Shown here one piece after another: positions 26,939 through 41,425 of a stretch of 64,000 bases of DNA (positions within the stretch are counted from its first letter, which is position 1; the number at the start of each line of letters is the position of its first letter). Under the pieces are notes generated by a model. It worked only from the letters and a program-made list of their open reading frames with translations. It was not told where the DNA came from and searched no databases. The stretch lies in the NCBI GenBank assembly GCA_951406725.2, contig OX597818.1, forward strand, positions 63,116,001 through 63,180,000. The letters run 5' to 3'. The translations under genes were made by a program, and so were the position numbers. This DNA is from Octopus vulgaris. Its lineage: Eukaryota.

Positions 26939-28959
26939 TGTATATATATATATATACATACATCAATTGTCTGCGAGTTACTAACAAATCATCCGCATTA
27001 TCGATTCAAATGCATAGCAAATAACAAATATCTTGATGGAGGTGTTGGAATGTCGATCACTTATGACTTAGAATCATATACATTATTATCTTGTTTATTG
27101 GACAGTTAAGCATCTTATTAAAGTTAATTACAAATATTTATTTACACGAGAAAATCCTAAATAGTATTCCTTGCTTATGTAGTGGTTGCACAGTTATTCT
27201 TGTTTTATGTATATATATAAATAAATAATCAGATCAGCAAAAGGGGAAATAATTATTTTAAGACTCAAGCACCAACAGATTCCTGATGGCAGCTATCACG
27301 TGATTTAGTGTTAAGCACTGTGTCACTTTCTTATTTTCCTTTCTGCGATTTAAATACAGACATCCATATAGACCCATACAAACACTCCAAACTATTGACG
27401 CATATATGTCACACAATATTGCATAATCCGTCTTCGAGTATATTTTCACCAAATTTTATAAAATTAGTTGTGGATTCGTTAATAAATATAAAAGACTTGG
27501 TGTCCGACAGATGATATATATCAGCAGATACTGTTAAAATATAATGCAGGTGTAATATCATCTCCATGATTCAAATCAATATATCAGTTCATTGAGGATA
27601 AACATAAACAAATTATTCACATAAATGACTCATTGGCACCGTGAATATCGCCACAGGTTGAGCATTGCGGCGCAAATGGAATTTTGCTTCATTTCAATGC
27701 GCTTTGTGAGCATATTTTCGTGAAAATAATTATATCTTATAAGCACATCTTCTACATTTGGACATAATCCTTTAACGATGAACATTTTCAAACTTCATTC
27801 ATGCTGTAGTGTTTTCCTTTGCTCTGTTTGAAATTAAACATGCCTTGTCGTGACAAAAGACCTTTTGGGAAACTAAAGGACATATATATTTTGAACAACA
27901 GTGCTTCTATAACATATTTGCATATTAAGCTCTTCTATGTGTGGACAAAATATAGTAGACATAACTAGGAAATATTTTGTCTGTAGCGTACGTTTTCCGT
28001 GGTCATTGAGAACCTGTTAAAATTCCGTGATTACAGAAGATTAGAGAAGTATTTTGGTTTTTAATATTTTCCATAGATAGTTCTCAGATTCAAAACATGC
28101 ATGTATATGTTTACAGAAATAGAAATTAGTTTTGCAGGCTAAATTAATCTACAGACATGCCTTACGGATATGAATTAATAATTTATTACTCTGATATTCG
28201 CTAATAAATTGTATGCATATATATATATATATATATATATACATTGCAACGTCGAAAACGATATATGTAGACTTGTTCCTCCTTACCATATCCACTAAAG
28301 GTGATCTTTGTAAAGTTTTAGCCTCACATTGATGCCGAATTCATACGGCAGATTTTATTGAGAATATGTATTTCATACGTTATCTTTCTTATACATGAGG
28401 TGTTGGTAATTAAAAAAAATATATTTCTGGGTGGAAAACTATCTAAGACCATCGTCTAAATATCTTGTAATTATATATATTTTCTCATTTCTGTTTAAGT
28501 TCACACTTCTCTATGTGGATCCCACGCGTCTTCCATACAAAACCTGAGTCTAAATCTTCTTTGCAATAGAAACTAAGCGGTGGCTTTTCAGAACGAAATA
28601 TCAACTACATAGACAATTCGTTATGAAGAGTAAGTATAACAGATTGTCTGTGCATATTCATAATATATGGCTTTATTAATTCATTGCATCGTGAATAGTT
28701 CTTTTAGAACTTACTCCAAATATATTATGCTTTACATATATACAAACAACACATCCGTTTATACAAATGAGAAGCCATAAAGATGAAAAGAGTTGACGGA
28801 AAAAAATGGAGGTAAAATGGAATTACTTCGGCAGCTCAACATTAGCAGTCGTATCAAAGGAGAGACTGATGAGATTTTCTCTCCTCACAGGAGGGATATT
28901 GTATTCAATCAACAAATATGTGTGTATATATGTGTATGCATGTATGCGTAGGTGTATGC

Positions 28960-29009
<50 letters not shown>

Positions 29010-29949
29010 ATATGTATGTATGTATATATATGTATTTATATATATATATATATGTGTATATGCATGTATGTATGTATATTTATATACATACCGTTGTGAG
29101 AATGAGAGAATTTCATACATAAGGAGACTCATTTGCAATTCAGAAAACTTTCAATGATGGTGAAGTACGATAGAGTCATTGAACCTATATACAAATATAC
29201 GTTTGGGAAATTCAAATGAAATAAATTTCGAAATACAGGCCAGTGTTGTATTATTGATTTATATACATACGTAGAAAGAAAATTACTTAAGTTGTACGTA
29301 GTAAATTGTCTTTGCAGCTAATATTCAATAGTGGAAAAATATACACCATAACCCGTCATTAAGACAGATTAACCGCTATATGTGCAACACATGATGAGGA
29401 CGAGGTCTACATACACGACGTCTTGTTTGGAACGCAGATTCTCTCTCAGAGAATTTCATTTGAATGACACTCAAAGATATTTCACAATTCTAATGCAAGT
29501 CTTTTTCAGAAGAGAAGCAGTATGCATAGCACAAAACGGTTATTTATGGCTATATTCCTAAATGTCTAGAAAATGAGACCAGCGTAGTTACATTATGCGG
29601 TCTTTAATGCAAGAACAACTACGATATAAGATTTCAGTGTTAAGGCTATATTTTTCAATACAGGAACGTAAAGAGCTACAGTATACCTAATAGACAAAAA
29701 AAAATTGCGGGTGCAGGTAAGTCACGTAAGCGAGAAGAACGAAAGAGAAATATTCACGTGAAATGATGGATCCTTACTTAATGCCCAAATAACATACCGG
29801 GTGTGAATCTGTGACGGCAGTCAATCCTGGTCTACTTTATGTTGTAGCAGGGCTTCAAGCTGAGCAGATTTGCACGGAATGGTAAATATATATTTAAAAT
29901 ATCTGATGAGCTTTAAGTGACTTTCAGCACAGAAACCAAAATTGTATAC

Positions 29950-30135
29950 TCCGCCGTCGCTTGACAACCGATATTACTTTGTTTAAGTCCCCGTAACATA
30001 GCGGTTCAGCAAAAGAAAACTATAGAATAAGTACTAGGCATACAAATAATAAGTACTGAGGTGGATTCATTCGACTAAAGTGGGTTCTCCTGCATGGGCC
30101 CAGTCAAATGACTGACACAAGTAAAAGAGTCAAAG
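29950..30135 (+). mobile_element. 3' part of SINE family B
   Basis: CTTGACAACCGAT..GTCCCCGTAAC..CAGTCAAATGACTGACACAAGTAAAAGAG. Confidence 0.8.
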
Positions 30136-30251
30136 GAAAAAAAAAAAATATATATATATATGTGTGTGTGTGTGTGTACGCACACATATATAGACATATA
30201 CATATATAGATATATATACATACTAACAATTCACGTGCGCATGCACACACA

Positions 30252-30340
<89 letters not shown>

Positions 30341-33300
30341 GGCCAATATATTTTAATAAATCAAGTTTCACATGAAACAGCATACCGATTATTGAGCAAG
30401 CAAGGCCAGGAATTAAAACAGTGTTAGTCACCTTGTGTCTGAGGAATGTAATACCATATGAAACCCAATATTGCAGTTCATTTATATGATATACTTATAA
30501 CCCTTCTAGTTGAAAGATTTCGTACGTGTACAATATTGCAGCCAGTATATATCTATTTTAACTATGACAACATGTAGTACGCTATATTTCAACCAGTATT
30601 TTGTTATATAGCCTAATGTTGGTATGGGGATATCTAAAGGAAAAACACTTCACACGAATTCAAATTGTATTGAATATTTCCTCAACACTCTGAGAAAATC
30701 AGTCACTATTCAAATGTTTACACAATGAATTGATCAGTGTGCGGTCATAAGTTCGTATATACTATCGATTAGATATTGAGAGAAGTCTAGTGTCTAGTAT
30801 TGATCCACCATCAATCAAAGATTTCGGTGTAACATTGATCATTGCTGTCGCCATTACGTCACATAAATTATTTTCTCGAACCTTATTGATTACCAATGGG
30901 ATCTTCGTAAAAGCGGATACCGTTATTCGTTTCATGCCACGAATAAATAAAACGCCATTATCATTCACCATGGATTTTCCCATCTGATTTGCCTTTTATT
31001 GTAAAATTCCAGACTTGTTTGGTAGAGCTATGAATATTTTGAGAGTATTAAAATTGGGTGAAACAAAAGTGCAAACTTGACTTTTACATTTACTCCAATT
31101 AACATTTAATCCAATTAACTATGACTAATAAAATATTATAATTTACAGAAATGTATTGAGGTGATAATGTATGTGCTTATCATCGCAGTTATATACTCTC
31201 TACAGATATTTCAAGTTATTCCTGACACATTTTGTGCATGTGAATTGTGGTGATTGGTAACCTAGCGTTTCCATGACACATTTCTTTCAACAAACGTTAT
31301 TCTCAATCGCTTCTAAGTCTGGCTCAATTATAAGGTTGCATTTCAATGTAGCACTTAAGTCGCTGTTAGACTTGGAGGATATCAGAGCACCATCATACTC
31401 AAATTTATAAGTCGGTCAATCAATCAATAAACTTGTAATTTATTCAAGGAATCTTTGTTCTCTTAAAATGTATAATTACACGATTTTATACAACGTTGCA
31501 TTGAATCCTTCTGAGAGTTTGGAGTGTGTAACTTTGTTTACTATACGTGCTATGCGTAAGCATTTACGAATTAAACGTTATTGAAATTGCTTAAAATCGG
31601 TAAATATGTAATGATACGCCTATTAGGAATTGGAACACAGGCATACACATAGACACGCATACATACCATATTAACTGTGTATTACGGTACCAAAAGTTTA
31701 ATGATGGCAACAGTCATAAATGAAAACATACAACTACGTCTTTCAACTCCTTTCTTTGTAAGAGAAAACTAGAAAAGATTGCTATAAATCCTTATCTACT
31801 TTCCTGCCTTAGAGGTTATTCTCTCTTGAGAACAGTGGCGAACATCAGTAAAGCTTTTGATGCTTGTATGCAATTAGCCAAGCTATGATCTATAATTGCT
31901 GCCATTTACTTGGTCGGAAATTTATTGTCAGACTCTTCTGTCATACTGTATGTCGCCAGTTTTCTCTCTCGTTCCCATTTTACCAAGTCTGTTAGTAACC
32001 TGTAGGTCATTTCTGCATTTCCCACTTTCATACGCTATATTAAAACATTCAGTATCATATCTCTAACAATGCACATCTCCGATCAGATGATAGCACCTTT
32101 GGCTTCTTAAATTGCTACAAACAAGCGTCACCTGAGTTGAGACATTCACTAATTAAATATACATTGAAATATCCTTCAATAATGTCATGACACTGAGTGT
32201 TCTCGCAGCAGCCTTGATATCCAGTTATTACAAATATCAAAAATACCTTCACTTTCCATAAATATTTAACAGTTAACACGAGGTAGGTTGCAGATGCAAA
32301 GTTATATCGAATGCAAATATCTACCCCAAACCATATCTCAAACAAGAGCTTTCTGAATAAAGGTAACAGCATAATTCAAAACGATGTAGCTACTGTTATC
32401 CTCGTCCAATGCTTCTTTTATTTGTTCCTCCTTTTTCTTCTCTTACATATATTTCTGTACCGACATATCTTATGGTTAAATTATAAACAAAATCCACAGA
32501 AAACCAGTATACTTCTCCACCCGTTGAAATTAACTTTCATTCTTCCATGACTTATTAATTTCATTAGAATTTCGCATATTTAAAATTCATTATTAGCAAA
32601 TATTTCATTTTGAAGCATAAATTCAACTTCCGTCATAACACCTACCTAGGAGATACAAGAAAAAAAGGGTCGTGTAAGTTATGTTTCTTTTACTAGTTAT
32701 AAGAGAATTAAGGGTTGTCTGTTGACACCAAGACCTCATTAATAATTATAATCATTGACACAATTCCCTACTTCAAGTTTGTATCGTCTACCTGTAAAAT
32801 CAATAATTGCAACATCAAGGGATGCATGTTGTTTGAAAGTAGGGGAGTTAATTTGAAAGGTTGACACTCTATCATTAAAATTGTAAGATTTAATTGATGG
32901 GTGGATTGCGGTTCTTGGTAAATGCTTCATAATTTTTGTTGTTTAAGTATATCTTAAAAGTATATCAAATGGAAGTTATAGTATTAGAAATGTAGTTTAC
33001 TTTTAAAGTTATTTATATTTATCTAATGTAGTATGATCTCCTTCACATTTTAAAAGTTGATTAATTTTACGCTAATAAGCATAAACGTGATGGAAAAGGA
33101 AATATATACAAAATACCAATTAGATAGAATTAATGTTTATCGCTACTTAAACATGGCTGTTCCGTTTCAACCGACGGTACTGCTATATTTAATCAGTTGG
33201 ATATTCGATACAATCCGCACACCATATATACTCTAAGCAGAGGAGTGAACCTGTGGCCTCTTCGAGCCACAAGACCTCCAGGCTATACAGTTTCGACCTC

Positions 33301-33625
33301 TTTGTGATCACCACAGTGGTGGATAGTCATCCGCTACAGAGAGCAGTAGTTCACTGCCGCTGGCAATATATAGAGATCCAGTGACACACCATCACTAATC
33401 TTGTAATAAGGTCTCGTGACTGGAAGGAAGGAGGGCTCTACGTTCCAGCTTGCAGATTGCATAGAATAACCAGCAGAATGAGGAATTCTCCTGAAATTAA
33501 AAATAGTAGTAACGCCTGTTCTTACGGAACAGCCATTTTTAAGTAGCTGTAAACGTTTCTTCTCAGTATAGTTATTGCTTTCCTTTCTTATCTAGATTTC
33601 CTTACTAACTAATTTGCTTATAACT

Positions 33626-33685
<60 letters not shown>

Positions 33686-34437
33686 ATTCATACACACACA
33701 CACACATTACACAAAGGAAATAAATTTACATTGAAAACGTACTTGATGCATGGAAATCTTTAGAAATCCTCAGCAACATGAAAGAAAATCTCATAATTTC
33801 TAATAATGTAATCGAAAACAAACTTTAGAACCAACATATGCTGTGTTATATTCACAGCTACTCACACAAAATATGAGAATATTTGTCTGGATACGTGATT
33901 TCAGTCAAAATTCTTGCAAAGTAAATTGAAGAAAATAAGTAAATGTAAAATGCTTAATAAAAAAGGAGGTAGTAGATGTTCAAGTTGATCTCGTCAGTGA
34001 ATGCTGTACTTAAATAATGAAGTCACCGTCGAGATTTTTCGTGAACATTCTTTAGCAACCGATTTGTCTTCCTAAATGTTAGCAAGCCATTAGCCGTTCA
34101 TATTCTGCCAGACATATAGGGTATTCCTTAGTAGCACTCTCAGAACATATAATCATTTCACATCGATTTTATCTGCCGAATATTTAGCGCCCGCATTAGC
34201 AGGGAAATGTCTGTTGTTATTTATGTATATTCACGTACAATATTGATAGAAGAAATGAGTTCTATACAAAACGTACATCATTTTGAGGATTGTGTACGGT
34301 TCATCGACTCAATAGCGGCAATTAGCATGGTTTCAGATATGATCAGGTAATGATCCCTAAAATCACATTCTGGGGACAGCATAGGTCCATAAGTTTTCTT
34401 CATTACACTCTGTGGTATCAGTTCTAGATATTAGTTG

Positions 34438-34463
34438 TATTATTATTATTATTATTATTGTTG

Positions 34464-34546
<83 letters not shown>

Positions 34547-34609
34547 ATTATTATTACCTTACAATGCTTTGAACCAGGAATACATCTCTACTAATGGCTT
34601 TTAGATGTA

Positions 34610-34663
<54 letters not shown>

Positions 34664-34769
34664 TACATATATGTATATATGTATAGATATACATACATTT
34701 ATATATATACATATATATATATATATGTATGAATATATTTATATATGTATGTACATATACATATAGAGT

Positions 34770-34801
<32 letters not shown>

Positions 34802-34830
34802 CTTGTATAGTTAATTATATATATGTACAT
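34438..34830. repeat. (TAT)n and (TA)n microsatellites
   Basis: Seen directly. Confidence 0.9.
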
Positions 34831-35254
34831 ATATAAATTAAATTAGAGATAAAACCACTATTAGGCATGTCAAACAGTGAAAAACATAGAACAAAACATA
34901 AAAATAAAAATAATTAATATAATATACAAGATATATAAAATATAAAATTTGAACATTAAAATTATTTAAATTTAAAATTAAAATTATTAATTTATAATTA
35001 TATTTATATTTTTTAATTTTTTTATTTATTTTTTATTTATTAAATATATATAACTATCAAAAAGTATTAAAAAAATTATAAATATAAATATAAATTAATA
35101 ATTTTAATTTTAGATTTAAATAACTTAAATTTTAAAATTTTATATTTTATATTATTTGTATATTATATTAATTATTCTTATTTTTATGTTTTGGTCTATG
35201 TTTTTCACTGCTTCATTTGCCTAATAGTGGTTTTATCTCTAATTTAATTTATAT
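34831..35254. repeat. ~420-bp imperfect AT-rich palindrome, probably the inverted end of a Penelope-like element
   Basis: ATAAATTAAATTAGAGATAAAACCACTATTAGGCA.. pairs with ..TGCCTAATAGTGGTTTTATCTCTAATTTAATTTAT. Confidence 0.85.
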
Positions 35255-37800
35255 TTATACTGTGAAAGTAGATTTAATCCTGAATTAAAAATCATATGAA
35301 ATTGAATATTAAAAACGTTCAATTAAGGATGAAAACTTGTAACATACATCGGGGGCAGTGAGAAATCTCAATGATAGATTTAATAGTCAGAGAAATAAAA
35401 AGGATAAATTTAAGAGTTTTAAAGAAATGATTATTGACGGTTATAGCACCATAAAAGATGTATTTTGACGGCCGTTTCTGAGGTCCATTTGTCTACAAGG
35501 TATGAATCCTTTAGTTTCACACTGATAATGTCACCTTCATCAGGAAATAAGGAAATAGATAGCAAGGTTCGAAGAATAACACAAAGTAAAATTTAAGGTA
35601 AACTTATGCTGGTTGTCAGCTACTGTATTAGATACCGACCACTTTTCCAATGATTCACGCTTATATATGTATAGAAAGTTTTACTGTAAGATGGTAGGAC
35701 ACCGAAATTATTTTTTAACTTTTTTGGGGTTAGGCATGATGAGTATAAAAGTTAAAAAATTTATTTGAATAAATAATTACTAATTCCCTATATCACGTCC
35801 TCTGGAGCTTCATGAAGGAGAAGTGAAATTTTTGAGTACAATGTTATCCGAGAATTTGTTTATGGTATCAGATAAATTATTTAATGCGTCTGAACTGTAT
35901 GATCAAAGGATAATGTGCGATTCCCTAATGCATAAATTATATCATTTTAGGGGAGGGCAGTTGCTATTATAGACCAAGAATTTAGATAATCGATGTTATT
36001 ACTCCTTAAATTATGTATGTATGAGTCTAAAGCAGTCAAACTTTTATATTTAATGTTAGTAAATGAATTTAAATGCGTTCGATATATTTTTGAAATCTAC
36101 AGTACAATTTACACACACACACACTCACACACACACAAACACACACATATATATCGTTCTCTGTTATAGGTGTTGAACATATTCCACAATATTGATACAT
36201 CAGTTTACAAACCTACAGACACGAACTCACTCATAAATGCTAAAACACTAGCATTCATTCATTCACACACAAACATAAAATAGAAATTGAAAAACAGTAG
36301 GAAGCGAGGGACAATTTTAACATATTTTTTGCTGGTATAAAGGAAAAGAAATAGTCTTGACTATTCGTGCGCCTTTCACTTTTCAGAAACAAAAAATGAA
36401 GTAAAATCTGAAAAGAATGAGTGACGAAATTTGGCGGGGGGATGGAGAAAATGTAAAGGGACTAGGGTCCATGCGTGAATGCAATTGTATGAGAAAAATA
36501 GGGAAGAAAAAGGGTGGGTATTGTGTGTTTATATAGGAGGGTATGTTTATAGATTTAGATATACGAAAACGCGTTTTAGCGGTATGTGTGAGAGTGTAGA
36601 AGTATGAATTATAAGGTTATGAGAATATCGGTGTATAGACCCATTATATGTAGGGGTAATTATGTTGTAAAGAGGGGGTGTTAGGTGCAAGTGTCAGAGG
36701 AAAAGGAAAGCATTGGCAATGAGTTACCTAAGAAAAAGCACTGGAAAATTATATAAATTGTAATAATAAAAACTTAGAATTATAGCGATGAATATTCTGT
36801 GAACATTATGTGTAGCAAGTCCAATATCCAAACGAAGTAAAAATGTGATGGAAAGAGGAAGTGATGTATGTGTAAACAGAAGAAAGAACCATTTTCCTGT
36901 TAAATGCTAAAAGTATGTGGGAGAAAAATTCCTATAGGTAAAATAAAGACGCATGGGTTAAGAGTCCATAAATACTAGATAAGTATAAAGTATGAATAGG
37001 AAAGCAATATTGTAGAATGTGTAGACGTTTACGTGGTGGTAATGTGTTCTCAGAGGGGGAATTGGGAAAAATCCAGAGGTAAGTTATAGAGGCGAAAACG
37101 ATGGATAAAACTACAAGAAAGACACATGGTGAAGGAAGAAGCTTGATCGAGAGAAGAGCAAGGGAAGAAAAGGAGATGAGAGCTTAAATGTTTGTCCTAG
37201 TTTGACATAGGTGTCGAGAGAAACGTATACGTGTTCTTATTTGTCTCCTCGTATATGTAAGCTGGATAGTATCAATGGCAAAGTTTGACTGTTGCTGATA
37301 ATAATATTCAAGGTAGTGAGAAATACGTGTTTGCGAGTGTATGTATATGTGTATGTAAGTATATTTGTGTGGGCATTTAAACAGTGAGTAGATACGTAGC
37401 ATATGTAGTCATTGTGATAAGGTATATGTGTGCGTGTAAGGTTGAACGACGTGCGTATGTGTTAGTGTAAAACGTGTTGTTACATTGAGGGCAAATTGTA
37501 GGTGTAGGAGTCAGGTGCGTTGACCGTGGTGGATGTAGGCGTAATTATTTGGCAAGGGAATGGGGTGGGGGAGAGTAGGATCTCTGTTGATGGTTTGAAT
37601 GGTGAGAAAGGCAATTAGAACTACGGGCTTAGAGAGAAGAAAGGAATCCGTTGAGATTGTTCGGTGGGGTGCGGGTTAAAGTCAGGGTCAATGAGATGGC
37701 CAGAGTCTTTTGGTTTCTGGATACCGGGGAGGAAATAGACGGCCTGGGAAAAACAAATTCTAAGTTTTATATCATATATATGTATTGTATGATCTGATCT
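35255..37800 (-). mobile_element. Highly degenerate Penelope-like element
   Basis: YNLCIRESHIIL..ALNN near 35900 resembles the GIY-YIG C-terminus CxLCxxExxxI..LN. Also a hammerhead-like motif at 35466-35550, a terminal palindrome and strong purine/pyrimidine strand skew. Confidence 0.5.
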
Positions 37801-38917
37801 ATTGGATAATATTAATCTTGATTCTTTCATAAGAAATATGCAAATATTTATCTGAAATACGTAATGGAGTTGTCATTTCCCTAAAGTTTATTCCTGTTGC
37901 CTTCTGGTTGTTCACGGCTGGTAATGATTTGTTTTGAATTTCAAATGTGACATACAGAAATATTTGCTGTGTCTCAGATAGAAAAAAAGACTGCAGGAAA
38001 AAAATTATTTTTGAGGCATCAATATATATGAAGAACTCAATAGAAGTTCATTATTGATTTTTATTAATAGAAATAAATGTTATTCCTGTGAATGTGTTTT
38101 TCAATGATTTCGTCGTAACCTTTAACAAAATATTTTGCTCTTGACTTTTTGCGATAACGCAAATGCTCATCATTGACTGTTTTTGATGAATTATGTTTGC
38201 TTTTTGGGTAGGAGCCGATATTTTATGAAAATAACATAGCATAGAGCGAAGGAATATTCAATCACTCGATATCTAATATTCAGGGAGAAGATAGAAAATT
38301 ATAGATGTATTGATAAAATAATAATGATTTAGTACTTAGGCGCATGATAAATGTAATGCACACTATCTATTGAATTAGCTTCTTAGAATTTGTATTATTG
38401 ACCCCATAACGACAAAACGTAAAATCTACAATAGCGTAATTTGGAATATAAACCTGCGAGGTAGCTTATTAAATATCGGGAAATATATACTTCGGCACTG
38501 TGGTTTATTCATTGACTCCAACACCATTGATGTCGAAATGAATTGTAAAAATTTATTTTGAAAATGTAATTTCCTTTAGGTTTGCTCTCACAAAATGTGT
38601 CAGACTCTTCTACATACCAAGTGTTTGTATATATAATGTCATGTACACATTCATTTCATCGTTGGAGCACGAGTTCTGGAAAACAGCTCTCCGTGACATG
38701 GCGAATGTGCCGCCTTCCATGAATATATATGCGAACAAATCTTCGTTCAACTCCATTCTTTTCATTTATTCGTATAAAAAAACACACAAATTTCCACACA
38801 CGAACACGGGGTTCAGCCCTTGGCATGTAACTTCAACCGTGTTTTACTGAAGTGAATTTGCTACCCAGGTATCGATTAACAGAATTATCCATAATAGAAT
38901 AATTCATTCATCTACTT

Positions 38918-38956
<39 letters not shown>

Positions 38957-40077
38957 GTGTATGTGTGTGTGTATGTATGTATATGTATATATTCCAAAAT
39001 TCTAATTTTTATTAATACTTCTACATTGTACGTTTCTCTACACCTTTGCAATAGAATAACAATGTCCTTATTATTACTGTATCGAATGTAATATTCAAAT
39101 ATTGCGCATACATAGCTATAAATACTTGTGACTCAAAGTTTTAAACTTTAAGAAACCAAATTCTTCCTACCCAAAATTTAAACTGAATTTAAGTTGATCA
39201 TTATTAATAAAAAGCGTGTGACAAAATAATTCAAATGTTATTTGATTAAGAATTACGTGTTGTTACAATCGGAAACGAGATATTTGTTTTTTCAATACGT
39301 GACAATCTGTCAATTAATCTATGACTTCATTTAAAATATATTGAAGAAATTTTTGAAAAATATCCAAAGAAATCAATGAAAAACATTAACATTTCGGAAA
39401 ATCCCGAATTGATAACGATGCTTGTTTTGGTAAGTTTGTCCCAGATGTGTCTTGATTTGAGAATAATACATTGAAATTATCTGAGAATAATCTTTGTTGC
39501 GAGTATACATTTTATTTCGTGTTCGCCATGAAATGCATCCAAATCTTTTAGACAAATCTTAGTTCCAAATTATATTGACAGATGTCTTGAATCGTTTTTG
39601 TCACAATTTTCACTACAGCAAACAGAAATATTGATAACATCATAGTGAAATAATGGAAAATTATTATAAAGAAAGCGGTAATATGAAAATATTGGTCAAC
39701 CATATTCTTCTGCGTTTAAACAGGGTTAGGAGCAGACAACTTTCTGTGGAATCTTCTTTCAGACAATATCATATCCCTTTCTATATCCTGGTTTTCAGAC
39801 TATTCAATGAAGATAATATGCTCAGCAGTAATAGCAATAATAGGTCAGTGCGCAATTATTGTGGTAATTTCCAGTTAAATCATACTTGTAATTAGTGGGC
39901 TGCGAAGCTTATATAATGAATCGTAAAAACTAAGGAGCCAATTGGACAAAGGTTGCTGAAATTGTCACGTCATGTAAAATGTGTGTGAACATCTCATTGT
40001 GGATTTTGGTGATGCAGATGGTATTCTTCAAAACCCGAGTAATCTCCACTTTATGTCATGTGAAATAAGAAATACCC

Positions 40078-40147
<70 letters not shown>

Positions 40148-40268
40148 GTTGTTGTTGTTGTTATTATTATTATTATTATTATTATGGAACATAAATTACC
40201 GTACCACAATATGCTGATGCAGTGTAGAAGATCTACGAAGTGGTCAAATATATTCCATCCACATGAAT

Positions 40269-40485
40269 GCGGCGAGCTGGCATGCCGGGCGAAATGCGTA
40301 GCCGTATTTTGTCTGCCGTTACGTTCTGAGTTCAAATTCTGCCGAAGTCGACTTTGCCTTTCATCCTTTCGGGGTAAATAAATTAAGTACCAGTTACGCA
40401 CTGGTGTCGATATAATCGACTTAATCCGTTTGTCTGTCCTTGTTTGTCCCCTCTGTGTGCAGCCCCTTGTGAATAGTAAAGAAAT
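40269..40485 (+). mobile_element. SINE family A with a 21-bp target-site duplication
   Basis: ATATATTCCATCCACAT(G/C)AAT at 40248-40268 and 40486-40506. Confidence 0.95.
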
Positions 40486-40825
40486 ATATATTCCATCCAC
40501 ATCAATTTACATATTGAATGTAAGTTAAAATCACTTCAGATTCGTGAATTTGAAATATGAAAATATGATGCATTTCATAAGAAAAATATCTATTGTACTT
40601 AATGTACATAGCTTTTAATGAGAGATTTGCATAGCAAATTATTTGGAATCTATTAGCAGATACACATTAAATGTTGAATGTTTTATGTAAGATTTTTCAT
40701 TAGAATCTAGCGAATACATGTTAGGATTAAGCGGCATATTTCACGTGAGTGTAAAAATATGAATGTCTTGTATCTCAGGACTAAAATATGACAATCTTTC
40801 TTATTACAATATTTCCTGCAGTAAG

Positions 40826-40998
40826 ACTGACCGACCGACCGACCGACCTACCTACCTACCTACCTACCTACCTACTACCTACTTACCTACCTCCCTCCCT
40901 ACATACCTACCTACATACCTACCTACCTACATACATACCTACCTACCTACCTACCTACCTACCTACCTACATACATACCTGCCTACCTACCTACTTAC

Positions 40999-41046
<48 letters not shown>

Positions 41047-41246
41047 ACACCTTACATCATCGCACGGTCCCTATTGATAATTTTTCCCCTCTTTTTAACG
41101 ATCCCTTTTGATCGAAAACCTATTCACCTTGTTCTTTTTTAACTTTTCCTTTTCTTTTCCTTTTTTTGTTCTCCTCAAAAAGAAAAGCTCTACTTTGTAA
41201 TTTGTCCGCTTTGTGTTCAGCCCTGTGTGGCTAATAAATACACATG

Positions 41247-41339
<93 letters not shown>

Positions 41340-41425
41340 TCATTTATCCATCCATCCATCCATCTTTCTACCTATCTATCTATCTATTCATTTATCTATC
41401 TATCCATCCGGCCATCCATCCATCC
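40826..41425. repeat. (CCTA)n/(CTAT)n/(CCAT)n microsatellites enclosing a ~200-bp pyrimidine-rich repeat remnant
   Basis: Runs seen directly; the inner 41050-41245 segment loosely resembles the element at 2308-2510. Confidence 0.85.

Noticed and set aside
27630-27700. Minus-strand AKFHLRRNAQPV as a Gypsy pol fragment
   Set aside because: No supporting RT motifs; the + strand gives a coherent cadherin reading.
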